A stretch of 64,000 nucleotides of DNA from Felis catus (GCF_018350175.1 NC_058369.1:7566001-7630000); one strand, 5' to 3'; counted from the stretch's first letter, positions 39,170 to 53,013 are shown. The notes: generated by a model from the sequence alone, not told the origin. A program made the numbers and translations.

Positions 39170-41120
39170 TCTTGATGGCAAAGGATGGGCCCATTTTTTA
39201 AACAGGGTTCATTTTTTAGATAAGTGTTAAAGTTGCAGAACAATTGAGAAGACAGTACAGAGAGAGTTTGTATATACCTCTGTAGTTTTCCTATTATTAA
39301 CACCTTATGTTACTATGATACATTTGTTATAATTAGCAAACCAAAATTGTTACATTTTTGTTCCCTGAAATCCACAGTTTAGATTTCCTTAGTTCTCCCC
39401 CAATGTCCATTTTCTGTTCCAAGACCTCATCCAGGACACCAGATTACATTTACCCATCATGGCTCCTTGGGCTCCTCTTGGTTGCGACAATATCTCTGGC
39501 TTCTTGGCTTTTGTGTCCCTAACAGCTTCGAGAGAACATTGGGCAGGGAGATTGCGTGATGACCCCTTGTTGGGATGTATCTGATGTTCTCTCATGATTA
39601 GAATTGTGGGGTTATAGGAGGAATATTGCAGAAGTGAAATGCCATTTTCACATCATATTAAGGGTATATAAATCAACATGATTCATGACTAATGATGTTG
39701 ACCTTGGTCAACTGGCTGAAGGAGTGTTTGTCAGGTTTCTCCTCTTTAAAGTCCTATCCCTGCTCCCTTTTCCATGAGGCGGTCTTTAGAGAAAAGCCTC
39801 TCTACCAGTCAATACTATGGGGAAGTTATGTTCCCCTTGCTTGAGAGCAGAATATCTACATAAATTATTTGGAATTCTTCTGCACAGGATACTAGTCTCT
39901 TCTCCCCCATGTATTAATTTATTCAATTGGACTAATTGGATTATAACCCAATACTACTTGATTTTTTTTTTCAACGTTCATCTATCCTTGGGACAGAGAG
40001 AGACAGAGCATGAACGGGGGAGGGGCAGAGAGAGAGGGAGACACAGAATCGGAAACAGGCTCCAGGCTCTGAGCCATCAGCCCAGAGCCCGACGCGGGGC
40101 TCGAACCCACGGACCGCGAGATCGTGACCTGGCTGAAGTCGGACGCTCAACCGACTGCGCCACCCAGGCGCCCCCCTACTTGATTTTTTAAAGTTTATTC
40201 ATTTTGAGAGAGCGAGAGCATGTGCAGGGGAGGGACAGAGAGAGGGTGAGAGAGAATCCCAGGCAGGCTCTGTGCTGTCAGCGCAGAGCCCGACATGGGG
40301 CTGGATCTCACAAACTGTGGGATCGTGACCTGACCCAAAACCAAGAGTCAGACACTTAACTGACTGAGTCACCCAAGCACCCCAATACTACTCGATTTTT
40401 TTGCTCAAAGTATTCTCTTTGGGGCATGGGGAGATCTTTCAGGCGGCTCCTTGTAAGTAAATTTAAACTTTCACATGTACTACTAAATTAGATCCTCATA
40501 GCGTTGGCAGTATATATTTTCACTGCACCATAGATTGAGGTCTCTATTTTTTACTGAGCTGAAATTCACATAACATAAAATCAACCATTTTAAACTGTAT
40601 AATTCAGTGGCACTTAATATATTTACAATATTTGGCAATCACCACCTCTCTTGAGTTTCAAAATGTTTTTCATCACTCCAGAGAAACACTGTTTCCATTA
40701 AGTAATCACTCTCCATGTCCCTCTACCTCCCATCCCCTGGTAACCACTAATCTGCTTTCTGTCCCTATGGATTTGCCTATTCTGGATATATCATAAAAGG
40801 GAATCAGGCAATATGCAGCCTTTTATTTCTAGCTTCTTTCACTTGGCATGTTTCCAATGTTCTTTGTTCTTTGTCTCTTTTATGGCTGAATAATATTCCA
40901 TTGTATGGATACACAGTATTTTGTTTGTCCATTCATCTGTCCATAGACATTTGGGTCATTTCCACCTTTTGACTGTTGTAAATAATGCTGCTGTGAACAC
41001 TGATGTGCAAATACCTGCTTGAGTCTTCTAATCCCTGAACATATCCTGGGATAGATCCCACTTGGCCATGGCATACAACCTACTTAATGTGAGGTTGGAT
41101 TCAGTTTGCTAGTTTTATTT
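39170..41120 (-). mobile_element. Old LINE-1 fragments interrupted by SINEs
   Basis: L1 3'-UTR-like reverse-strand motifs (TGGCTGAATAATATTCCATTGTATGGAT, CATTCATCTGT, TAATGCTGCTGTGAACA). Confidence 0.65.
39962..40174 (-). mobile_element. Young felid CanSINE
   Basis: Reverse consensus; TSD CTACTTGATTTTT. Confidence 0.88.
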
Positions 41121-41849
41121 ATCTACTAGCCCCTGTTCTCCTGGTTACCTGCCAGCTCCTGGGTGAGAGTTGCCCCGAAGGGCATTAACAGCTGCACATG
41201 CTGAGAACCAAGGAGACGCTGAAGGAGAGAATAGAAAAATTCATATGCCCTCTTGAGGGAGCAATTTGCATTGCATGGAATTGTCCATAACAGGTGCAAT
41301 TGAAACCCACGTAGACCAAGGAAATGGAAAGCAGGGCACTAAAAGGTTACACATACAAGCATAACCTAGATACAGATACGTATCTACCTATGCGCATATA
41401 TAAACATGCAATTCCTCTCTCTGAGGCTGCATGAAGTTCCAACCCTACTTTTCTCTGCACATTTCTTTCATTCTTAAATCATGTCCATCACACATGAACA
41501 GTGTAGATTTAAAAATTAGTAAAGGTTGTTAGCTTAATCACAGAAACCAAACAACTCTGGCTAATTTAGCGAGAAAGTTTTATTTAAGAGTACTCAGGAG
41601 CTGGGCGCCTGGCTGGCTCAGTAGATGGAGCATGGTGGCTCTTGATCTCAGGGCTGTAAGTTCGAGCCCCACACTGGGTGTAGAGATTACTTTAAAATAT
41701 ATACAAAAAAAAATTTTAAAGAATAAAAAAGAATACCTAGGAGCAACAGCGAGCAAATTAGGCAAGAGACGCAGGCAAAGGAGGGGGCAACCGCTCCAAA
41801 AGCAAAGCCTACTGCGCGCTCCACTGCCCTGCAGAACGACCAGGAGAAG

Positions 41850-42410
41850 GACCAAGGATGTGTATCCAGAACCCTCTCGCTGCAGACCTCGCTGCCCAAC
41901 CCATCACCTACGTGACGAAGGCCTTCGACTTCCTCGTGCACTGAACCGTGACCCTCGTGAGTCTGAGAGCCGCAGCATGCAAAGTACAGGTATTACCGCT
42001 TGCACGGGGAATTCTGCGGGGGGCGGGGCGGGGCTGAGTTACCAGCAAAAGGAAGTCTGGTGCGCGTTTGAAGCAGAGATGTAACGGACAAGAAACTACC
42101 AAGTCAATCGTGAACTTGACAACATCACCCACGAAAGGCTGACAGCCTGTCCCCAGAGGGAAGGCGAGAGCTACAGGCAGAATTGTCCAAGCAGCTGAAG
42201 CAGTGCATCCGGGTGGCCCAAGGCCTCCCAGGGCTCCAGGGCTACCTTGGGACCCATTATTCTGCCAGGAAGCGCCTGGCAAAGCAGAAGCAGGGCATGC
42301 TGGCAAAGGGGAAAGCAGCTAATAAGGCCGCTGCCGAAGGCAGCTCCTCCAGTGCCCTCAAATGACTACTACCATTACTGAAATAAAAAGTAATAAAACC
42401 TGAAGAAAAA
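41850..42410 (+). pseudogene. NDUFB10: Processed pseudogene of NADH:ubiquinone oxidoreductase subunit B10
   Basis: Intronless, frame-shifted segments KDVYPEP, PNP.ITYVTKAFDFLV, EAEM*, ERLTACPQREGESYRQNC, SARKRLAKQKQGML match NDUFB10 as I recall it (DKDVYPEP...CQQREG.NYQQNC...SARKCLAKQRQRML). Two AATAAA at 42382 and 42392, then an A-rich tail. Confidence 0.88.
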
Positions 42411-42949
42411 ATAACAACGCGGGAGAAATAGACAAAATACCCACACAACGAATACTATTCGGCGGTTAAAAAGAAAAGAAAAGGAAAAGGAAAAAAAAAA
42501 CCCTGCAGTACTGATACGCTACATAGATGAACCTCGAAAATGTTCTGAGTGAGGGGCACCTGGGTGATTCAGTCCATTAAGCTCCAGACTTCAGCTCAGG
42601 TCGTGATCCCGTGGTTCGTGAGTTCAAGCCCCACATCAGGCTCTGTGCTGATAACTCAAAGCCTGGAGCCTGCTTCGGATTCTGGGTGTGTGTCTCTCTC
42701 TGCCCCTCCCCCGCTCACGCTCTGTCTCTCCGTCTCTCTCAAAAATAAATAAACATTTTTAAAAATCAAAATAAATAAATAAATAAATAAATGAAAAGTG
42801 CTTATCTGTGGGGGCACCTGGCTGGCTCAGTTGGTGGTACATGCGACTCTTGATCTCAGGGTTATGAGGTCAAGTCATACATTGGGTGTGGAGATTACTT
42901 AAAAATAAAAATAAATAAATAACAAGTCCCTATATGTTACAGAGACATA

Positions 42950-42984
42950 TGCAGTCAAATACTCTACCCCTGAGCTCTACCCCC
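42950..42984 (-). tRNA. 5' half of tRNA-Cys(GCA), retroposed fragment (non-functional)
   Basis: Minus strand reads GGGGGTAGAGCTCAGGGGTAGAGTATTTGACTGCA; two differences from the mammalian tRNA-Cys 5' half as I recall it; ends at the GCA anticodon; no T-arm or 3' half. Confidence 0.8.
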
Positions 42985-43226
42985 CTCAGTAGAGAAACAT
43001 ATGAAATATTGATAGATGAAATCATAGGATGACTTAGGATTTCTTTAAAATACTCCAGCCCATGGGGCACCTGGGTGGCTCAGTGGGTTAAGTGTCCGAC
43101 TTTGGCTCAGGTCACGACCTCAAAGTTCATGAGTTCAAGCCCCGCGTAGGGCTCTGTGCTGACAGCTCAGAGCCTGGAGCCTGCTTTGGATTCTGTCTCC
43201 CTCTTTCTCTGCCCCTCCCTTTCTTG

Positions 43227-43258
<32 letters not shown>

Positions 43259-43379
43259 AATAAACATTAAAAAAAATTTTCTAATACTCCAGCCCAGGGG
43301 TTCTGGCTCTCATCAGGATGGAAGGAGCAGTCTACCCCGTCTCACCCATGAATGTACAGAACAGCTATCTGAGGACTCT

Positions 43380-44618
43380 GAAGAAAAGATGGATTAAGAG
43401 AATGTAAGGACAAGCCACAAATGGGAGAAAATATTTGCAAAACGCAACTCCAGTAAAGGACTTGTATCCGAAATATACAGAGGATCAAAGAATTCTTAAG
43501 ATTCAATGATAAGAGGGGTGCCTGAGTGGCTCAGTCCATTAAGCTTCTGACTCTTGATTTCGGCTCAGGTCACGAGGTCACGGTTGGTAAGATGAAGCCT
43601 GGAGGCAGGGTCCACGCTGGCAGCACGGACTCTCCCTCTCTCTCTCTCTCTCTCAAAAGAAATAAGTAAATAAACTTAAAACAAACAAACAACAAAGAAT
43701 GGGTAAAATCCAAACCACTGACAATAGCGGGGTGCCTGGGTGGCTCAGTCGGTTGAGCGTCTGACTTCGGCTCAGGTCATGATCTCGCGGCCCGTGAGTT
43801 CGAGCCCCGCGTCGGGCTCTGTGCTGACAGCTCGGAGCCTGGAGCCTGCTTCAGATTCTGTATCTTCCTCTCTCTCTGCCCCTCTCCTGCTCACACTCTG
43901 TCTCTCTCTCTCTCTCTTTCAAAGACAAATAAACATTTGAAAAAATTAAAAATAATATAAAATTTAAAAAGACGTGGAGGAAACAAGTGGAAGAAACCAT
44001 ACGAAAAGGTTATGCACCGTATGATTCCAACGAGGTGACTTCCTGGAAAAGACGAAACTATAGAGACAGTGGAAAGATCATTGGCTGCCAGGGGTTGGTG
44101 AGGGTAGATGGAAAGGGATGCCTAGGTGGAGCACAGGGTTTTTTTAGGACAATGAAACTATTCTGCATGATCCTGTAGGGGTGGATACATGACATTATGC
44201 ATTTGGCCAAACCCACAGAACTATACAACACGAATAGTGAAGCCTAATGTAAATCATGGACTTTACTTAATAATAATGCATTTGTTTTGGTTCATCTATT
44301 ATAACAAGTATACCATAAAAATGCAAGATGTTAATAATAGGAGAAACTGGGGTAGGGGAAGGGTACATGGGAAGCCTCTGTATTCTCTGCCCAATTTTTC
44401 TGTAAACTATAAATGCTCTAAAAAAATTAAGTCTATTTTTTTGAGAGAGAGAAGAGGGGCTTACCCAGGGCTCGTGTTGTTTTTTTTTAACCCAAAGTGG
44501 GGCACGTATTCACCCAAAGTGGGGCTCGAGCTCACCCGTTATGGGACTAGAACTCATGAACTGTGAAATCATGACCCGAGCGGAAGTCAATCACAACTGA
44601 GCCACCCAGGTGCCCAAG

Positions 44619-44652
<34 letters not shown>

Positions 44653-44816
44653 GAAATGGTAGCAGTCTGGATGAGGAAGGAAACCACAACTCAAAACTCA
44701 AATTGCCACTAAACCAGCAATGATTTTGTCATTATTTTCCTCTGGTATTTCCCAGCCTAGACTTAAAGGCAGCCCAAAACTCAGAACTACTCACTAGGAG
44801 AAGACAAAAAGAATTC

Positions 44817-44854
<38 letters not shown>

Positions 44855-45880
44855 TGCAAAAAAAAAAAAAATCCTGGTCTGATGAGCAGGCAAGGAAGAC
44901 CTATAGGTCATACAGAATGGGTGCTGCACACACAGGATAGATCCAAACAGCACTGCAATGGCTTTGAAAACCAGACTGATATTAGAACCACATCTTGGAG
45001 AAAGTGGGTTGAAACTTGCAACCTGAACCTGAATTGCTTGCCTGCCTGCCCAAACAAAATATCAACATTCTCCATAGGATTTAAACAAGATCCAGCATAT
45101 CACAATTTAACATTGTGTTATATATAATATCCAAAATTTCCAGAATTCAATCCAAAATTACTCAACATATGAGCACGTGCGACATCCCTAACCACGCACA
45201 AAGGAAAAGAAAATCATATGGCAACCCTAAAATGATGCAGATGTTAGAATTATCAAATACTTTATTTTTTAATTTTTTTAAGTTTATTTACTTGAGAGAG
45301 AGAGAGAGAGAGAGTACAAGCGGAGGAAGGGCAGAGAGAAGGAGAGACAGAATCCCAAGAAGGTTCTGCATCATCAGCACAGAGCCCGATGTGGGGCTCA
45401 AACTCATGAACCGTGAGATCACAACCTGAGCCGAGATCAAGAGTCAGACACTTAACCGACTGCAACACCCAGGCGCCCCTAGAATTATCAAATACTTTAA
45501 AGCAGTTGTTATAACTATACCTGAGAAGTAAGGGCAAACACTCTTGAACTAACAGAAACAGACTAAAGCCTCAATAGAGAAATAGTTGTTTAGAAAACGA
45601 ACCACATAAAGGAAAAGAAAAAGAACCACATGGAAATCTTGAAACCAACAATAACCAAAATCAATAATTCACTGGATGGGCTAAGGAGCAGGATGGAGAT
45701 CGAAAAGGAAAGAGGCAATGAACTGAGGGTAGGGCACTAGAGAGTAGCCAATCTCAACAACAGAGCTGTGGGATAATGTTAAAAGGTCCAAGACTCCTGT
45801 CATCAGAGTTCCAGAAAAAGAGGGGAAAGAATTGCGGCGCAGAAAAAAATGTTTGAAGAAGTAACGGCTGAAAACTCCCC
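43380..45880 (+). mobile_element. Old LINE-1 fragments interrupted by SINEs
   Basis: GGGAGAAAATATTTGCAA, TATAGAGACAG, ORF1-like CAGAGTTCCAGAA segments. Confidence 0.6.
44820..44852. repeat. (CA)n microsatellite
   Basis: About 16 CA units. Confidence 0.95.
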
Positions 45881-47090
45881 GGAGGGGTGAAAGATACAAG
45901 CCTACAGCTCCTGGAGGGCAGAGATGTTTGTCTATGTTCCTCACTCCCAGAGCAACGCCTGGCATTCGGCATTTAGTGAATGGACAAGACCCCCGTGATG
46001 TGCGGGAGCATCTCCAATAGACCCAGGGTGGGCATTTGGGAAATTGCCTTGGAATAAGCTGCCAGTGAGCTTCTGATGCTCCAGGAAGTTTGAGAACTCG
46101 TAGCTCAGCTCTTCCTCCTTCTCTCACCCAACTCCATGCTAAAGCTTCTTGCACCCCACATAACACCTCCTTCTGGAACATTGGCCAGATGCTCCCTCCT
46201 CCGCCAGCCTGGACGTACATATGGAGCATTATGGTAGTTTTCTTGAGGCCCCTAGGGACCCCTTGAAGGCAGAGTGGGTATCTCCAGTGTGGCTCATTCT
46301 CTCATTTAACCCTACAATAGGCACGAGTGCCATGTTCCCATTTTATGGATGAGCAAACAAAGGGCTTCAGGAGGTTCAGCCATGGGCTCGAGGTCTCCCG
46401 TGAGTAAGTGGCAGAGAGCGAGAGGTCTTGGGCTCTGGTCTGAGACTGCATCTTGTAACGAGTCAAAACATACACTTACTGAGCACCTGTTACGTGCAGG
46501 CTCTGTTCTAAGCACTGCACATGCACGTTAGCACGCACATTAACACGTTTTCTTCTCCTTGCGACTCTCTGAGATGGGGATAGTCTTCTTCCTGTTTTGT
46601 GAGTGAGAAGACAGAGGCACTGAAAGGTTGGTATCTTCCTGGAGTTCCTGGTAACAAAGTTCCTCTTTCAATCCCCAACGCTGTTTGTTCAGATATCCAG
46701 ACATGTCTGTTTAAGTTCCTGTTTTTCTTTGAATATCACCACGATGAAGTCAGATAGAAACATAAGTAGTTCATTGTTGTGATGAGCACCGAGTGCTGTA
46801 TAGAGGTGTTCAATCACTATATTGTACACCTGAAGCTAATATGACACTGTATGTTAGCTAACTGGACTTTACATTTGAAAACTTAAAAAAAAAAAGAAAA
46901 AGAAAAAGAGGTAGTTCAAAGGACAAAGATCTGGGGAAAATACACATCAGATTTAATGGGAGTTATCCCGGGGCAAGGGCAATGAATTACTGCCCCTTCT
47001 TGTATTATTGTTATTATTTTGAATGACACTTGAGGACACCCTAGCAAAAAGATTCCCCAAAAAGCAGACATATAGAAAAGAAAACGTAGG

Positions 47091-47335
47091 GGGCGCCTGG
47101 GTGGCGCAGTCGGTTAAGCGTCCGACTTCAGCCAGGTCACGATCTCGCGGTCCGTGAGTTCGAGCCCCGCGTCAGGCTCTGGGCTGATGGCTCAGAGCCT
47201 GGAGCCTGTTTCCGATTCTGTGTCTCCCTCTCTCTCTGCCCCTCCCCCGTTCATGCTCTGTCTCTCTCTGTCCCAAAAATAAATAAAAAACGTTGAAAAA
47301 AAAATTTTTTTAAATAAAAAAGAAAAAAAAGAAAA
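47091..47335 (+). mobile_element. Young felid CanSINE
   Basis: TSD AAAAGAAAACGTAGGGG. Confidence 0.9.
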
Positions 47336-48114
47336 GAAAACGTAGGGGCCCCCCTCGGGAAGCCCCCACCCTTTTCTCCTCCCCAGGAACCAGAACTATC
47401 CAGTTTGCTTAAATGTCCTGATGGCTCCTTTCCTCCATGCTTATGGATACCCCAATGGTCACAGACAAAATTATAACTTAAGGTTTTATTTTTCTGTGTA
47501 GACAGATTTCCTCTTTCCAAATCAAACATTTCTTAATGCTTAACTTTTTTTTTTTTTTTTTTTTAGAACAAGCACACTATACTTTTGTAATCAGGAAAAG
47601 AAAGGGCAAAGTGTCCTGTTTTGGTGCAGAGAGCTAGCCACAGTTTCTGAAATTTCAAAATGGCAACTCTGACGAGATGAAGTCATCTGGGATGGCCCAG
47701 AGCTCAGGGTCTGGTGCGGGTACTTCACACACTTTCCCAATACTTTCGCTGTCAGTTTCTGGAACATGGGGTCAATGATTAACCCTTGCGTGTTTCTGCT
47801 GCCAGGAACAGAGACAGGGCCACCAGGCAGAGGACTGTCTTCCCACAGCCCACACCTCAGGAAGAACAACATAAACCAAGGTGATATGGAAATAAAAATA
47901 GCTACATGCCCCTTGGAATGTTACAATTTGCTTTGTATCCTCTAAGCACAATCCCATGGCATTATAAAGCAAGTTGCATTTACATTTTCTAGCTGTCCCA
48001 TTAACAAGGTAAAAAGGAACCAGGGAAATTAATTATGATAAGTGTATGTAGCCCAGTATATCCAACACATTATCACTTTAACATGTAACAAGGTAAAAAA
48101 AAAAAAAAAAAGCC

Positions 48115-48480
48115 AGGAACAACGTGGATGGAATAGAGGGTATTATACTAAGTGAAATAAGTCAGAGAGAGACAGATATCATATGATTTCACTCATATGT
48201 GGAATTGGAGAAACTCAACAGATGAACATAGGAGAAGGGAAGGAAAAGGAAGATAAACACAGAGAAGGAGGCAAACCATAAGAGACTCTTTAAATACAGA
48301 GAACAAACTGAGGGTTGCCGGAGGGAGGTGGGTGGGGGGATGGGTTGGATGGGTGATGGGCATTAAGGAGGGCGCTTTTTGGGATGAGCACTGGGTGTCA
48401 TATGTAAGCGATGAATCACCGGCTTCTACTCGTGAAGCCAAGAGTACACTGCGTCTAACTTGGATTTAAAAAAAAAAAAC
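48115..48480 (+). mobile_element. 5'-truncated carnivore LINE-1 3' end
   Basis: TGGATGGAA..GAGGGTATTAT.CTAAGTGAAATAAGTCAG, GATTTCACTCATATGTGGAAT, G-rich 3' UTR, poly(A) tail. Confidence 0.85.
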
Positions 48481-48639
48481 AAAACCCAGTGATGTGTTGT
48501 TTTACCTAAGTCTTCAAAATCAGTGTGCGTTCACCATTGATAGCACATCTGGATTAGGATCTGCCACATATCAAGAGCTCAGATGCCACATGTGGCCCAT
48601 GGCAAAGGTCTACATGGCTTATCTAAACTAACTCGTGAA

Positions 48640-48852
48640 GGGGAGCCTGGGTGGCACAGTCGGTTAAGCGTCTGACTTCAGCCAGGTCACGATCTCGCGG
48701 TCTGTGAGTTCGAGCCCCGCGTCAGGCTCTGGGCTGATGGCTCGGAGCCTGGAGCCTGTTTCCGATTCTGTGTCTCCCTCTCTCTCTGCCCCTCCCCCGT
48801 TCGTGCTCTGTCTCTCTCTGTCCCAAAAATAAATAAACGTTGAAAAAAAAAT
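48640..48852 (+). mobile_element. Young felid CanSINE
   Basis: TSD AAACTAACTCGTGAA. Confidence 0.9.
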
Positions 48853-51699
48853 TAAACTAACTCGTGAAAACTGTACAACTCTATTCCCCTTTCAGAGATG
48901 GGGAAACAGAGTCCCAGAAAGCCTAAGGAAGAGCTAGCCATTGGCTCAAACCCAGACTGGTTCCAAAGCGTGCCCCCCTTGCCCTTTCTACTCTCCGGCC
49001 TCAATCCCAGCTTGAAGGAGTGTTGTGGTCAGCAAGCCTGCACTCAAGTCCTGGCAATGTCGCCTACTAGCTGGGTGTCCTGCATATTCTGCTTAGCCAC
49101 TCTGAAACTCAGATCCTTCATCTGAAAAAGGGACAGTGATGCTGAAGCCAGAAGGTGGAGGGAAGATTGAGTGGCTGAAAGCCCTGAAGATACCACCCCC
49201 CCCCCCGAGACCCTGGCACCCAGTGCACCGTGGGTACATCCAGGGAACCTTAGCCACTGCAGTTTTTCCACTTCCTGAAGTCATTTGAGCAGAGCCCCAA
49301 GCAAGTTGCCCAACCTTCACACATAAAGCATTCTTGGAAATGTGTTTAAAGCTGATTTCGCAAAACTCAAACAATAGATTTCTGTGCTGTAAAGGACATC
49401 ACATTTACTAAGGAGTCCGCAAATTATGAAATCTCAAGCTACTTTGCATCTCTTAGGTGTCATTGTCAAAGATGGACTTACATGTAATTTTTAAAGTAAT
49501 TGGATTTATCTTATTGTGAATTTTTTGGTTCTGCTTACATAAGTGATGAGTGCTTATTGCAAAAAAAAAAAAAAATGCAATTGTTACAGAAATATCCAAT
49601 GTGGAGAGGCGCTTGGGTGGCTCAGTCAGTTGAGCGTCTGACTTCAGCTCAGGTCACAATCTCAAGGTTTGTGGGTTCAAGCCCTGCATTGGACTCTGTG
49701 CTCACAGCTCAGAGCCTGGAGGCTGCTTCGGATCCTGTGTCTCCCTCTCTCTCTGCCCCTCCCCTGCTTGCACTCTGTCTCTCTGTCTCTCTCTCCAAAG
49801 TAAATAAACATTAAAAATAATAAAATAATAATTTAAAAAACAGCATGCATAATAATTGGGGTGCCTGGGTGGCTCAGTTAGTTAAGCATCCAACCCTTGA
49901 TTTTGGCTGAGGTCATGATCTCATGGGTTCATGAGTTCGAGCCCCACATGAGTTCTGCACTGTCAGTGTGGAGCCTGCTTGGGGTTCTCTCTCTCTCTTC
50001 TCTCTCTCTCTGTCCCTCCCCCACTCAGGCTCTCTCTCTCTCAAATAAACTGTAAAAAAAAAAAAAAAAAACATGCATAATGCTTTAGTATGTTTTGCCA
50101 AAGCGCCCTCCCCAAAGGTTTTACCAACAGATGCCCTTACTAACAGTTTGGAGAGTTCCTTCCCCCCCCCCCCCCCACCTCTGGGCACTGCTAAATTTCT
50201 TCATTTGGTAAAACTGGGGGGAAATTGACTAGATTATGAAAAGCACACACATTCTCCCAATAAGGAGGATGGAACTGGAGGGTATTATGCTAAGCGAAAT
50301 AAGTCAGCCCGAGAAAGACGGACACCTATGATCTTACTCGTATGTGGAATTTAAGAAACGCAACAGATGAACATAGGGGAAGGGAGGGAAAATAAGAAAA
50401 ACACAGCCATGCTCCAATTGTGTCCGTTTTCTCCACAATTAAATTGGTCACCCAGCTTATGCTCAAAGGCTTACGCCTCAAAGGGTCCGGCTGAAAGTCA
50501 AGAGCTTCCCTTCCCTCCACTTCCCCCCCGCCCGCCGCTCACTAAACCCTTGGCCATAGTGGCCTTTAGCTTCCTGTAATGGACAAACCCCTTCCCACCT
50601 CATGCGCACGGGTTCCATCTCTTCAAGTAGGAAACTTCTTCACCCTTCAGAGAGCCTCAAGTAAGTTCCTGAACCTGTTTTCCCATTGGTAATATCACCC
50701 ACCCCCGCACCCCACCCCACCCCCCGCAACCCCCCCCTCACCAGGTTACCGCGAGGATCATATGAAATACATAGTTTCAAACACTTCTCACAGTGTTTCA
50801 AAGTGTTAGGACTTCAGCTCAAGAGGTACCTCCTCCAGGAAGCCCTCCCTGAACACCCTGCCCCAGGTCAGGTTCCCATGTTGTCCCCCTTTCTCATGGA
50901 CCCTTCAGTTACTACTCTTTTTTTTTTTTTTGGTATAGATCATAAATATAATAATTACTTGTGATATTATCTGCTTCATGTTTCTCTTTATCATTAAGAC
51001 CATGAGTTCTGGAAGGGCAGAAATGGTGCCCAGCACTTTCTGTCAAATTAATGACTGTATTGAACAGTAAGGACTCGGTCTTTTTTTTTTTTTTTTTAAT
51101 GTTTATTTCTTTTTGACAGAAAGGAGGGGCAGAGAGAGAGGGAGACTGAGGATCCAAAGCGCAGAGCCAGACGTGGGGCTCGAACCCACAAACTGTGAGA
51201 TCATGACCCGAGCCAAAGTCGGACACTTAACCAGCTGAGCCACGCAGGTGCCCCAGTTAATGGCTCAGTCTTTGACTCAATTATACCAACGTGTCAGAGG
51301 CTGCACTTCTTATCAGTGTTATCAGCGCATGTATCTTCTCCCTTTCCACACCTTTTTACGAAGACAAAGGATGAAAGGCAGTAATGCTCATACCACACTG
51401 TACAAACAAGCCACACTGTCAGCCGGGCCAAGATGGTCACAAAGCTCAGTGAACTGTTGGTGGGTAGACAGCGCCCCCATGTGATCGCTGGAAATGTTTG
51501 TTTTTCTGTCCATCTACAAATGCCCCAATTCTACAAATGCTCCGGTTGTATCGGCTGTTTGTCCTTCCAGATCAACTGTCTAATACTCTGCATCCTGAGA
51601 GACTGGCAGAGTGACTGGCTCCCTGTTCTCCTTGCCTTCCGGTGCAGCCAGAGACGCTCCAGCAGGAGATGGGAGGATGGGAATGGGCAGAAGGTGGGG

Positions 51700-52172
51700 T
51701 CTTGATTCCCTCGCCCTGAATATAAACTGGATCTAGTGACTTGATTTTAACACACAGAGGGTAGCAGTGGAAGGGATGCTGTGTGACTTCCAACACTAGG
51801 TCATAAAAGATACACCTGGCTTTTCTTCTCTTGTTGGGTCACTTGCCCTGGGGAGGCCAGCAGCCAAGTTGGGGGCATACTCAAGCGACCCACATAGGGA
51901 GGAATTGAGGCATCAGGCCAACAAGCACCCACCAGCCAGCCATGTTGAATGAGCCATCTTGGAAGGAGACCCTCCAGCCCCAGTCAAACATTCAGGTGAC
52001 TGCAGCGCCAGACCAAAATCTTGACTATGATATTTATGAGAGACCCGGAGCTAGAAAGCACAACAAAGCCACTCCTAGATTCTCTGATCCACAAAAAACT
52101 ATATGAGACAGTAAGTTTATTGTTTTAAGTCACTGATTCTGGGGATAATTTGTTATGCAGCAAATAGAGAAC
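51700..52172. mobile_element. MaLR (MLT1-type) LTR remnant
   Basis: TGTGACTTCC..CTAGGTCATAAAAG, GCCATCTTGGA, TTGTTATGCAGCAA motifs. Confidence 0.6.
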
Positions 52173-53013
52173 AACTACAACTGGTCACAACAGTCCCACG
52201 CTCCTACCTCAGGACCTTTGCACTTGCTGCTTATTCTGCCTACAACTCTCTTCACCCACCTCCTTTTAGGTCTCCCCTCAGAGGTTACTTGCTACCACCT
52301 TCCCTGATCCCCCCCTCCCCCTTTACCCATACTCTTACCCCAGTTCATTTTTCATTGTAGCACCTACTGTCTTCTGTCCTATTACATATATCTTTCTTGT
52401 CTGTCTCCTCCGCTAGAATGTCAGCTCTAAGAGAAAAGGGATCTCTTTTGTTCGATGCTCAGTGCCTGGAACAGCGCCTGGTGTAGAGTAAGAGCACTGG
52501 CCATTAGGAGAATCTAACAGATCCGATTCATGTTGGATCTGGATCAGCCTCCTACCTGTTTCCTGTCTGCTTGTCACCCACCCTGGCTGTGACCCCTCTC
52601 TCCAGTGGGTAAGTAGTAATAATATACTGTACATAATATGTATATACTGTGTATATGTATAACAAGAGAGCCCCTCCATGCCTCCCCACTTCCCTCAGGA
52701 TAAAATCCCAGGTCCTCTATGCAGACTACAGGCCCCGCCCCCTGCCTGAAATTCCACATCCAGTCGCAAAGAACCATGAACTGTTTATATTCACTAATAG
52801 TTTCCAGGTGGGGTGCACAGACCCACAAACAAAGCTTCGGAGTTCAAGTAGAAGACATTAGAACACCTATACTTTTTAATCTCCATTTTTGCTTGTTTGT
52901 TAAACAATATCTTTATATAATAGGGGCCCCTGGCTGGCTCCGTTGCTGGAGCATGCGACTCTTGATCTCAGGGTCGAGAGTTCAAGCCCCACCTTGGGCG
53001 TGAAGCCTACTTA

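Noticed and set aside
42950..42984. Functional tRNA-Cys gene
   Set aside because: Only the 5' half is present; no B-box, T-arm or 3' acceptor strand
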